Below, piece after piece: positions 11,849-22,292 of a stretch of DNA of 64,000 nucleotides. Numbering within the stretch: the stretch's first letter is position 1; the number at the start of each line of letters is the position of its first letter. The notes under the pieces were generated by a model that saw only the letters and a program-made list of their open reading frames with translations, was not told the origin of the DNA and made no database searches. The stretch covers positions 2,881-66,880 of the forward strand of contig RHPI01000977.1 of assembly GCA_009103225.1 (NCBI GenBank), in the 5' to 3' direction. This DNA is from Chlorokybus atmophyticus (Eukaryota > Plantae > Mesostigma and Chlorokybus algae). Position numbers and translations under genes: made by a program.

Positions 11849-12817
11849 TGTAAGTCGACAAGCCACTACGATAGGTAGTGCTGTGGACACAGTTCTTTGC
11901 ATGAGTGGATAGAATGATACACTGTTAAGTGAGGTGAATGAGTGTGCAACACGTGGATACAACACCCTGACTACTGAAACAACACACCACCGTCAAGCTC
12001 ACAGCAATGACAGGCACAGCGCACAAGAGCATGCACCGTGTCTCACGCAGTAAGGGAATTCTTGGCAACCGGGGCAGCGTGCTTCCAGTTCAAGTCGCTT
12101 CACAAGCTCTTTAGAAACAGAGTCTTTACTTCTTAGTACTCCTAGTACTCACAGTACTCACTTACAGTGTCACCAGCTGGTCTGGTGACGTGACTTCCTA
12201 CTTATACATGTCAAATTATGACTGTGCAGTGCCACGCGCGCACTAGGCCAACGGTCACATCGAGGCCTCATGCTATTTCGGAAATCTCCTAAGACTCGAT
12301 ATAGCACATGTGTTATTAACAAACTTACAACTAATCAGCTACGCGCGGTCCCTACAGCCAGGTCTATAAAGTAGCCCTAGCTACATAAGCGGTACAGTAG
12401 CTAGCAGTAGGCTGGGGCTCGCGCGGTCTTCATGCTGGTAGCCCGGGCGTGGGGCTGGGTGTAGGCATGCTCGAGAAGGGCTGGCATGCGAGGGTAGATG
12501 GCATAACAGAGTACATTTCACGCGGCAGCTGACTAGGCAGTCCGCGTCACAAGATATTGCGCAGCGGTAGCTGATTACGCAGTCCGCGTCACATGGCAGG
12601 TATCGTGCAATCTGATCAGCTGCGTCACCGCTGCCTCAGTAGGTCACGTCGCAGACAGGCAGCTGCCGGGCTGGTCGCAGGCGAAGTCACGCGCGGCAGC
12701 AGAGAACGCTTGTACAGCTTGTAAAAGCCCTTCATAAAGCCTTAATAAAGCAAAAAAAAAAGGCAAAACACATATTGTACATGTAGTAAATTATGGAAAA
12801 AGGTCCAAGCTGTTACA
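11849..12817 (-). repeat. 969-bp 5' LTR-like repeat of element B
   Basis: Minus strand starts TGTAACAGC and ends GACTTACA, ~200 bp upstream of gag. TATAAGTA at 12199-12206. Confidence 0.7.
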
Positions 12818-12819
12818 GC

Positions 12820-14680
12820 AATCTAACTGAACGTGTATGGCACTGGTTGAAGACGTTGCGCTTGTCAGTATACCAATGACATCTGCTATTGTTCGTTTAC
12901 ACCCCAAAAGGGGTACCGATGGACTAGGATGGGTATGTCCCACCCTCTCCGCAACGACTTAATCAAGGCATACAATATCGACACTGTGTCTCATCATCTG
13001 ACATGATTGTACTCTACACTGGCCTACTATACATGATGGCAAGTTTGTTAGCACCCATGTGCATGTGTGCTCGTGCACATGCAACCGCATCACGCCCCCG
13101 TCACAGGCTACCAACCTGTTGCCGGATTGCTATCGTTAATTAGGTAAGGTTGTCCAACATGCAAAGCTTCAATGGCTGACTATAGTCGCTGCTAAGGCTA
13201 TGCGCACTAGCTAGGTTAGCTGCTGCAGGTTGGGTACCATAAAGCTCACTCCAAGCTGTATCAAGCGAGCTCGCCACCATCGAGAAGGTGACAACATGTC
13301 ACCTTCTCAATTGTACAGTTGGCAGTACAGCTTTTGCAGGAGGTAGTACCGTCTTGGCCGGGTACAACTGTCCGCTGGGTCATGGCGGAGGTAATGCTTG
13401 GGTTTCGCACTCGTGTAATAGCGCCCGTACCAATTAGCAAGGTCAAATGGTTCAACGGCTACACGGTGGTTGTTGCCACGCTGTAGCCATGTGCTTTTTC
13501 TTGAAGACAGGAACCCAACAAGGAATGATCCGCTATCATGAACATCTGTCACCCAGTCCCAAAACCCCGCCAGCAAGCGTCGGGCATCCTCCACTTGCTG
13601 GATGTCACTATCTGCAGCTTGTGACAGGGCTCTGGCAGCTCTGAACTCCTCATAATGAGTATTGGGTTACTTTCTTTTGAAGCAAGAAATGGTCGCATGG
13701 CCTCAATCGTTTTTCTCGTGTATTGCGTGTGCAACTGCCACATCAACTCCAACTTGCGGTCGCGGCGGCTGAACCATATTGTTACCAGTGAAGAAACAAA
13801 TCCAAGCGCACCCAACACAGCGCCAAGAATGCTAATGGAGTTTACCATGATGGAGAGCTGCAAAATAACACTGCAGCTTTCCCAGCGCTGCCATGTAAGG
13901 AGTTGGAATGGCTTACTCGCATGCTGCATCCAATCAAGAGAGTAGAATTGTTTGCGTACACTCACAATGTGATTTGATACATGCAAAATGCAATCACATA
14001 TCTTTTATGCACAGCACAGCACCGAGTATGATAGTGTGCAAAGGTGCTGTCAACTGTAGCAACCTCCGGAACTGGTTGTTGGCAAGGGGAAGGGCTACAA
14101 CAGAACAAACACGTAGTAATAACATACCTTCATGTTCGAAAACGCTGCACCCTTGGACGTGATACAGACGCAAACGTTAAGGTAGATTCAGCCCTTACCA
14201 TTCATTCACACATGCAGTCTCGCGCGTACAGCTTTGAACGTGCATCCCGACATACACTGCTCTCTCTCGCACTAACACTTGCATAAGCTTGCATGCAATT
14301 CAAGTGACGCATTTTTGCTAACACACTCGCCCCACACGCAGCATCACCAACATTCGCTTTCGGCCCCATACACGCATATTCTCCGCTCACTCTCATGCAC
14401 AGACAGCGCGCTGGACTCCAAACAAGCTTTCGTAAGATACCTCTAGCTGGTCACCAGCTGGATGCTTGCAAGAATGAATGCATGCGTGCAAGTGTGGGGA
14501 TTGAGAGCATGAGAAGCAGAATTGGGAAGGCGGACGAGTGGGCGGCCAACCTGTGCAGCAGTGCTGTCAAGCTTAAAAGTGAAGCCAGCAAGCCGGCAGG
14601 CAGCGATGACGCCTACTCATGCACGGCGCAGACGACAAGGCCGCCGCCGCCCCCGGCCAGCATGTCTAGCTGAGTCAACT
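12820..14680. repeat. Diverged direct segmental duplication, partner ~49100-50830
   Basis: Colinear similarity, e.g. atctaactgaacgtgta/atctgactggacgtgta at the start, ttaggtaaggtt.tccaacatg in the middle, and gatgacgcctact/aatgacgcctact near the end. Confidence 0.85.
13307..13848 (-). pseudogene. Small protein with N-terminal transmembrane helix, frameshifted (copy 1)
   Basis: MVNSISILGAVLGALGFVSSLVTIWFSRR..., then after a frameshift near 13660 ...IQQVEDARRLLAGFWDWVTDVHDSG. Paralog at 49295-50080. Confidence 0.5.
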
Positions 14681-15194
14681 CAGCTTGCCTTGACTTCGTC
14701 CTCTCAGAAGGAGTTTGCTTTCCTTAGCAAGCGGTACAACTTATTGCGTGCATGAGACAGACGCGTGCGGTTGAGGCAGCCTGAGGTAAAGTGGATGGAC
14801 ATCTGGTTGATTGAATGGTTTTAAAGTGGTTTTAAAGTTTCGATTGTCATTGACTGTGTTTGTGCTTATGAAGTCAAGTAGAGCAAGCACAGACTCAGCC
14901 CTCGCATGTGTAATGCCATGCTGGACACTGAGACAACCTGTCTGCAATAATAAGGCGTGGATACTGAGTGTACAACAAGTGTGCAATCATTAATGATTGG
15001 AAAAAAGCTTATCGCAATTGGTAAAACTTCAATGTAATGTTTCCTGCTCCCATCTGCTTATACATCACGGCAACAAGCACAATTTGAATCAATCCTTTTT
15101 CAAAGCATGCATATATTTTGCGAGCTCACAAACGCACGCGCACTCACCCCCACCTATACATCTACCAAACTTGGTGTGACACACACAGTCCCGC

Positions 15195-15704
15195 TGTAAC
15201 GGGAGCAATAATAATAGGGGTATTATTGCTACCTAAATAACACATTTTGTATGAATAAGTATTTAAATATGCTTATTTATACCTCTTTTTAACGGTTCCT
15301 CGCTTTTTAAAGGCTATGATGCTTTATCATAGCTTAAATAAGTCTCAATGGGTGTAGAACCGCTTATTCAAGCATATTTAGTGTCACATTTGATATAATG
15401 TGATCACTATCTTATTAGGTACCTTACAATAGGTATTTTATGATAGGTACCTTATCTGAGCTGTGATTGGCTCACGCTATATTTCCTAACTACCCTATCT
15501 GTAGGGTCGATGTCTAGTTGTGAGTTAATTATCGAGAGGTATATAGTTGATATACTCTTGATATAAAAGGTCACCAATCTGATGTGGGGACTTTTCAGTT
15601 CTTTGCTCAGTGGCGGCCACACCGTTGAAAGGCTTGTCGTAGGCGGTGTGGGTGTTGGGGTAGAGGATTGAAGGGGCATCACCGGCGACGGTGGTGCTGT
15701 TACA
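15195..15704 (+). repeat. 5' LTR (510 bp)
   Basis: TGTAACGGG...GCTGTTACA, matching 21757-22292 with many substitutions. Confidence 0.95.
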
Positions 15705-15705
15705 T

Positions 15706-15719
15706 TGGTATCCAGGAGC
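15706..15719 (+). promoter_or_regulatory. Primer-binding site, tRNA-Met(i)-like
   Basis: TGGTATCCAGGAGC, compared with canonical TGGTATCAGAGC. Confidence 0.75.
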
Positions 15720-15980
15720 TGGGGGGTGACGTGGGTACTTATAGGGGGCGGCGACCTGCTTTCAGCCAGAAGGCGTCAGCGGCGGCCTCCTATTCGTCCC
15801 CGCAGCCCAAGCTTCAAGTTCGCTTCCCTGCGCTACCTCCACGTTGAAGCCACCTATCAAAGAGGCGGCCTTTCCACGTGTGAGGTACCATCACACACGT
15901 CGGTGACTTGCCTGCTTGTCAGCTGCTTGCCAGGTACTTGCCAGGTGCACGTGTGTACTTTTACACACAGTGACTTGCCA

Positions 15981-16215
15981 GTGCACTATCATTGCTTGCA
16001 ATGATTGCCTGTCATTGCATGCGATGATTGCAGCTTGCTAGTGCGCCATCACTGTTTATCACACTTGGTGCACTTTCATTGCTTGCAGTGATTGCCTGTC
16101 ATTGCATGCGGTGATTGCGGCTTGCTAATGTGCCATCACTGTTTATCACACTTAGTGCACTATCATGGCTTGCAGTGTTTGCCTATCATTGCATGCGGTG
16201 ATTGCTTATCATTGT
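15981..16215 (+). repeat. 87-bp tandem repeat (~2.6 copies) in the 5' UTR
   Basis: gtgcact.tcattgcttgca starts at 15981, 16068 and 16155. Confidence 0.85.
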
Positions 16216-16750
16216 GCTTGCCAGTGCATGTCACAGTTAGTCACCATACGGCTTGCATGTTGCATGCCTGTGGCTTGCCTGTTGCATGCCTGTGACGTAC
16301 CTGTGACCTGCCAGTGGCTTTGCCGGGTCGCTTGACCCGGGTCCGTAAGTTTCAAGCCAGACTGTTCATAAACCCTCCCCCTCTGGCTTCGGCCTGGAGA
16401 TCGGGACTTGGTTAGAACAGTTGTGGGGAGATTCTAGGACAATCTGTTCCCAAACCCTATTAGTCTAAAACCCTCCCCCTCAGGCTTCGGCCTGGAGATT
16501 TGGACTTGGTTGAGGACAACACAGGGTTAGGACATTCTGGTCCCACTCAGACTTGTTCTGTCTGATGACACTCCAGATCCAACCTTTCCTATTTTGGGAC
16601 TGATTGGACTCTGTTTGGGACTTTTACAAGTTGGGGTCATTTTGATCTTCTCGTTGAACCTGGTCCATTGGTAAGGTTCTCACCATCCCATTCTGCCTGT
16701 TTTGCAGACAAATGGAAGAAAACTCGGTGCCCACCTAAAAAGGGGAGAGC

Positions 16751-17887
16751 TTGGAAAAAGAGCAACTTTCCCATGAGGAGGAATTTCCATCCATGGAAGA
16801 TATTCCGAAACCGGATGATGCACCTGATGAGTCTCAAGCTGCCAAAGCTGCGGAAGCTTCAGTGGATGATAGATCACCTTCTATAATCCCAGAGTTTTCT
16901 ATTCGCATGACACAGCAGGACTTGATGAAGCATTTCCTTAGCATCTATGATCAGGACCCTCGTGAGGCAATTGTCTCATTCATGAACTTTCTCTTCCTTT
17001 CAGCAGAAAAAGTTTTAAAGCTCACCACCTTTATGGGGCGAGATTGGGAGGGGCAGATGGGTGAAGGCAAACGTGTTCTGAACATAATCGAGCGTCTTCA
17101 ACGTGCTGACGGTGGTCCAACTGTTCAAGAACTTGCGCGTCCTGCCAAGTTTTTTCTCAACAAGCAAGCGGCCATCTTGGACTGGCTTGTGAAGTTGCGA
17201 CACTATGTCAACTCCCTTCACATCTCTGAGGAGGGGAAATTGCGTGCAGCTGAGTTGCTGATCCCAAACGATGCTCTGGCAGAGTGGTACCGCCGTAAGC
17301 AACGGGATACAAACCTCGGGTGGGAAGTAAATCAATTGTGCTCGTTCATGGAGCAGCGCTATGGTGGCGCAGATCCTGCTCAGGTTGCTCGCAACCAGCT
17401 GCACAACCTGCGTCAGAACGGGCGTCCGGTTCAGCAGTATATTCAGGATTTTCAGTCGTTTGTCAGCAAGATCAATGCTGGCAAACTACCTATCAGTGAT
17501 GCTGATCAGCTGTATATGTTCAAGCGTGGCTTGGATACAGATCTCGTGCAGCATGTGGCCGTCAACCCCGCGAGTTTGCAAGGGTGGGCCTCAACGGATT
17601 TACCAATGCTGATGCAGATGGTTGCTGCTGTGGACGGTGTAAAGCGCTCTCACGCAAACATGCAAACCACGGCAAAAGAGGCAGCCCCGGTTTCAGCTGC
17701 AAAGCGCCCGGCCACTGACAACAAACCTTTCGTGAAAGAGGCGAGACCATCTCATCCTGCTAGCCCCTACAACGCGGCCATATCCATCATCACTTGCAGT
17801 TTCTGCAAGAAGATAGGTCATGGGGAGGCTAAGTGCTATGCAAAACAGAATTCACAGAAGGCCAAGCAGCAGAGAGACAAGAAATAG
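16751..17887 (+). CDS. gag: Chromovirus Gag with CCHC knuckle
   Basis: ARNQLHNLRQNGRPVQQYIQDF, FKRGL, CSFCKKIGHGEAKC. Confidence 0.9.
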   Translation: MEKEQLSHEEEFPSMEDIPKPDDAPDESQAAKAAEASVDDRSPSIIPEFSIRMTQQDLMKHFLSIYDQDPREAIVSFMNFLFLSAEKVLKLTTFMGRDWEGQMGEGKRVLNIIERLQRADGGPTVQELARPAKFFLNKQAAILDWLVKLRHYVNSLHISEEGKLRAAELLIPNDALAEWYRRKQRDTNLGWEVNQLCSFMEQRYGGADPAQVARNQLHNLRQNGRPVQQYIQDFQSFVSKINAGKLPISDADQLYMFKRGLDTDLVQHVAVNPASLQGWASTDLPMLMQMVAAVDGVKRSHANMQTTAKEAAPVSAAKRPATDNKPFVKEARPSHPASPYNAAISIITCSFCKKIGHGEAKCYAKQNSQKAKQQRDKK

Positions 17888-20800
17888 GAATTGTCCGTGG
17901 TTGGTAGCTTAATCGAGCAGAACGACTTTACAAACTCTGTACTTCTTGATAAAGTTTCCTCTCTTTGTGATGTATCAGATGTATGGACTGATATGAGTAC
18001 ACCACCTGTGTTGAGAAATGCAAACGGTTGTGTTTTAATCAATGTTCCATTCTCTGAATTAGCAACTGCTGTTAAGCACTTACACGAGTTGCAATTACAG
18101 CATGCTGTCACTGCATGTGTAGTTATCCCTCGATATCATGGCCCGTGGTCGCGATTGTTAAAAGGGGGAGAAGTAATCATGCAACTCTCACGCAAAGATA
18201 CAGGAGCTTCACCGTTGCAAGTGATCTTTATCAAGTCTGTTACCAATCACGGCACTCCAACATTAGCTACATTTGATGGTCACTCAGTGCCACTCAAATG
18301 GAGATTTGAGAGTCAACTTATGGGTACACCATGTACAGCATTGATTGATACTGGTGCAAACCATAACTTTGTTGAACATGCTTGGGTGAAACGTAATAAC
18401 ATTCCTTTCACACCAATCACGTCATATGTACGTGCTGCTGGTTCCACTCTCAATGCAATGGGAGAGGTAAAAGGGCGTTTTATTATTAATGGCCATAAAA
18501 CCCGACCAGCCTTCATCGTGGTGGATATTGGTATCCCCGGGGTGGATGTTGTTTTAGGGGAACAATGGCACACTGAAGCAGGTTCACAATTAGACTCTCG
18601 AGCCAACACGTGCACCCTTCGTAAAGGGAAACGTAGGATGACTTTAACAGCATCTGTACTTGCACGTATACCTCGCGATAATGTTCCGTTCCTCTCTGCT
18701 ATGCAATTGAAACGTTGCATGCGTAAACGTGAGGAAGTATACTTACTGCACTTACGACAGGTGGAAACACCTGCTGAACAGGCTATCAGTGACCCTGTGG
18801 TGCAGTCACTTACGGAACAATACGCAGATGTATTTCAGGATGAACTCCCAGAGTTGCCTCCCGATCGAAACATACATCATACCATTCCGTTAGAGGAGGG
18901 GGCAAAGCCACCTTGGCGGCCTATATACAGGCTAAGTCCCTTAGAACACGCGGAGATGGAAAAACAGCTCAAAGAGTTATTGGACAAAGGTTTAATAACA
19001 AAGAGCATATCTCCTTTTGGTGCACCAATTTTGTTTGTGCCCAAAAAGAATGGCAAGCTACGCATGTGTATTGGTACCGTGCGTTGAACAAGGTCACTGT
19101 GAAAAACATATACCCTTTGCCTCGGATTGATGATTTGTTTGATAAGCTGTCAGGTGCAACAGTGTTCAGCACGCTGGATCTAACAAGTGGTTATCATCAA
19201 ATCAAAATCCACCCATCGGATATACAAAAAAATGCATTTCGCACCCCACTAGGACACTTTGAGTATAAAGTGTTACCATTTTAGTTAACAATTGCACCGG
19301 CTACATTTCAGACAGCAATGAACGCGGTGTTTGCTGATGAATTGTACAAGTTTGTATTGGTATATCTCGACGACATTATTGAATTTAGCAAAACCCGGGA
19401 GGACCACCACAGGCATGTAGAATTGGTTCTAGCTAGGTTACGCGAACACAAATTCTATGCCAACCTGTTCAAATGCAACTTTGCAAAGGATAAAGTACCC
19501 TTTTTAGGGCATGTGATTGGTAAAGAAGGATTGAAACCAGATCCTCACAAGGTGTGTGCGGTAAAGGATTGGCCACCACCTAAGGATGTACATCAGTTAC
19601 GTGCTTTCTTGGGGCTAGCCAATTATTTCCTCAAGTTCATGCGAGCATATTCTGGCATGGCAAATCCACAAATTTAACATCTTTACTAAGAAAAGATGTT
19701 AAATTTGTGTGGACGGAGGCACACGAGGTTGCTTTTACACGCATTTAAGATGCATTAACGCAAGCCCCTGTGTAAGCCTTCCCCGACCACACCAAGCCTT
19801 TTGTGGTGATTAGTGATGCTTCCACCATTGGGTGTGGGGCAGTCCTTCTACAGGATGACAGACCATGTGCATATGAAAGCAAAAAGTTCATTCCTGCTGA
19901 ACGTAATTACACAACCACTAAGCAGGAATTGCTCGGGGTGGTGCACGCGCTGCGCACATGGCGTTGCTACTTGGAAGGGGTGGAGTTTTCAATAATTACT
20001 GATCACAAACCGCTCACATTCTTTCATACGCAACAAAATCTGTCGAGGCGGCAAGCTAGGTGGAATGAATTCATTTCTCGTTTCACTTTCACTTGGCAAT
20101 ACCGTCCGAGTCGCACCAATGTGGCGGATCCATTAAGTCGCAGCCCTGCTCTTTTGGCACTTACGCGCTCTCGAAGTACGCGTAATGTACAACAGCCTGA
20201 AGATCCTTTCTGAAAGGGAGTGTCCACGGGTTATAACTCAGATGATTGGTTTAGCAGTCAAACCAACTTGCAACAGCTTACTGCTGTTAGCAATCTGTGG
20301 TATAAAGGGGAGCAGTTGGCAATTCCCAACTCGGGCGACTTGCGTAAGCAATGCTTACATTCAGTGCATGACCCGCCGTATGCTGGGCATTTGGGGAAAC
20401 ACAAAACACTCAAATCTGCGCAACAGTTATACTGGTGGCCGTCAATGTCAGCTGACGTGGATCAATATGTTCGCACATGTGACGTGTGTCAACGTAATAA
20501 GCCACTACGACAAAAACAAGCGGGATTGCTTAAACCATTGGCAATTCCAGAATAAAAGTGAGATAGTGTCAGTATGGATTTGATTACTGACCTACCTTAA
20601 GCAGCTAAATACACTGCTATTGTGGTTTTGTCGACCGTTTGACAAAAATGGTGCATTTTGCCCCGTGTTGCACAACTGTAAGTGCACGGGACTTGGCACA
20701 CTTATTTGTGTCCACGGTCTTTCGCGTTCACGGTGTACCGCGTGAACTTGTCACAGATCGTGATCCTCGGTTTGTCTCCAAGTTTTGGCGAGAAGTCTGT

Positions 20801-21608
20801 GAATTGTTGGGGGTAAAACAAAGCATGTCGACTGCTTTCCACCCGCAAACGGACGGTCAAATTGAGCGAGCAAATCAAATATTGGAAGAAATGCTTCGCC
20901 ACTATGTGGCGCCTAATCATGCTGATTGGGACAGGTACTTGCCAATGGCAGAGTTCGATGTGAACAACGCGTGGCAGGAAAGTGTAAAGGAAACCCCATT
21001 TTTCTTGAATTATGGGATTCGCCCGAACACACCAGCGTCATTGCGTGTACCTCGCAATGCCCTGACTGTACCAGCGGCAAAGGAATTTGCCACTGATATG
21101 CAAGAAAATTTGGCTCGAGCCAAGCTGTGTCTGTCAGAAGCACAGGACAGGCAAAAAGCTTATGCTGATACACATCGAAAAATGGCCACTTTTCATGTCG
21201 GCGATAACGTTTTGCTTAATGCAAAGAACATAACCATCAAAGGTACGGGTGCTCGCAAGTTGCTGCCCCGATGGTTGGGTCTATTCTCTATCACTGATTG
21301 AGTTGGTACGCACGCTTATCGACTGCAATTGCCCCCAAGTGTGCGTATACACAACGTGTTCCATGTAAACTCGTTGAAACCTTACCGCTCAGACGGTAGA
21401 ACACAGCCTCCACCACCGCCAGTCGAGAGCTTGAATACGAGGTGGAAGCTATATTGAACCATAAGCTAATTAGTCGAGGACGCGCAACTCGCTATTTGGT
21501 GAAATGGAAAGGGTATGGCCTGGAACATAACAGTTGGGAGCCCGACAGGCATCTTACGCACTGCCGCGAGTTGCTTCGAGCTTATTGGGATTCATGTCCT
21601 GTCCCATA
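17888..21608 (+). pseudogene. pol: Chromovirus pol (MTase-like linker, PR, RT, RNase H, INT, chromodomain) with multiple stops and frameshifts
   Basis: ALIDTGANHNFV; broken CIDYRALN near 19070; YLDDII; ISDAS; TDHKPL; GHLG..CDVCQ; HPQTDGQ. Chromodomain EYEVEAIL...YLVKWKGYGLEHNSWEP at ~21434-21608. Confidence 0.95.
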
Positions 21609-21756
21609 AACTGTGGGCTTGGTTTTATGACAGACTGGCAGTGCAGTTTCATTACCACCCTGTCATTTCCTGCTATCTCACTGGTTACAATTACTCGAAA
21701 TCAAGCCTGATCAACTTGAGTTCACCGAGGACGTTGAAAACCTAAGTGGGGGGGAA

Positions 21757-22292
21757 TGTAACGGGAGCAATAATAATAGGGGTATTATTGCTACCTAAAT
21801 AACACATTTTGTATGAATAAAAAAAAAACAAAAAACAAATGCTTATCTATACCTCTTTTCTACGGTTCCTCGCTTATTAAAGGCTATAATGCTTTATCAT
21901 AGCTTAAATAAGTCCCAATGGGTGTAGAAACCGCTTATTCAAGCCTATTGAGTGTTACATTTGATATGATGTGATCACTATCTCGTTAGGTACCTCACAA
22001 TAGGTATCTTTGGATAGGTACCTTATTGATAGGTACCTTATCTGAGCTGTGATTGGCTCACGCTAGGTTTCCTAACTACCCTATCTGTAGGGTCGATGTC
22101 CAATTGTGAGTTAATTGTTGAGAGGTACATAGTTGATATACTCTTGATATAAAAGGTCACATCAATCTGATGTGGGGACTTTTCAGTTCTCTGCTCAGTG
22201 GCGGCCACGCCGTTGAAAGGCTTGTCATAGGCGGTGTGGGTGTTGGGGTAGAGGAACAAAGGGGCATCACCGGCGACGGTGGTGCTGTTACA
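21757..22292 (+). repeat. 3' LTR (536 bp)
   Basis: Follows the PPT; same termini as the 5' LTR. Confidence 0.95.

Larger units (their letters stand above)
1967..12817 (-). mobile_element. Decayed Ty3/Gypsy retrotransposon B: gag(CCHC x2)-linker-PR-C5 DNA methyltransferase-RT-RNaseH-INT-PHD
   Basis: Domain order read from consecutive minus-strand ORFs joined through in-frame stops and 1-bp frameshifts. TG...CA-bounded terminal repeats and a PPT at 2199-2211 are present. No matching 5-bp TSD (GCATG vs GCAAT). Confidence 0.9.
15195..22292 (+). mobile_element. Full-length decayed Ty3/Gypsy chromovirus
   Basis: Direct LTRs, TSD CCCGC (15190-15194 and 22293-22297), PBS, PPT AAGTGGGGGGGAA at 21744-21756, gag-PR-RT-RH-INT-chromodomain. 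Confidence 0.97.

Noticed and set aside
17885-17890. Programmed readthrough of the gag TAG into in-frame pol
   Set aside because: The element has many other stops, so CAG>TAG decay explains it equally well; a family consensus is needed.
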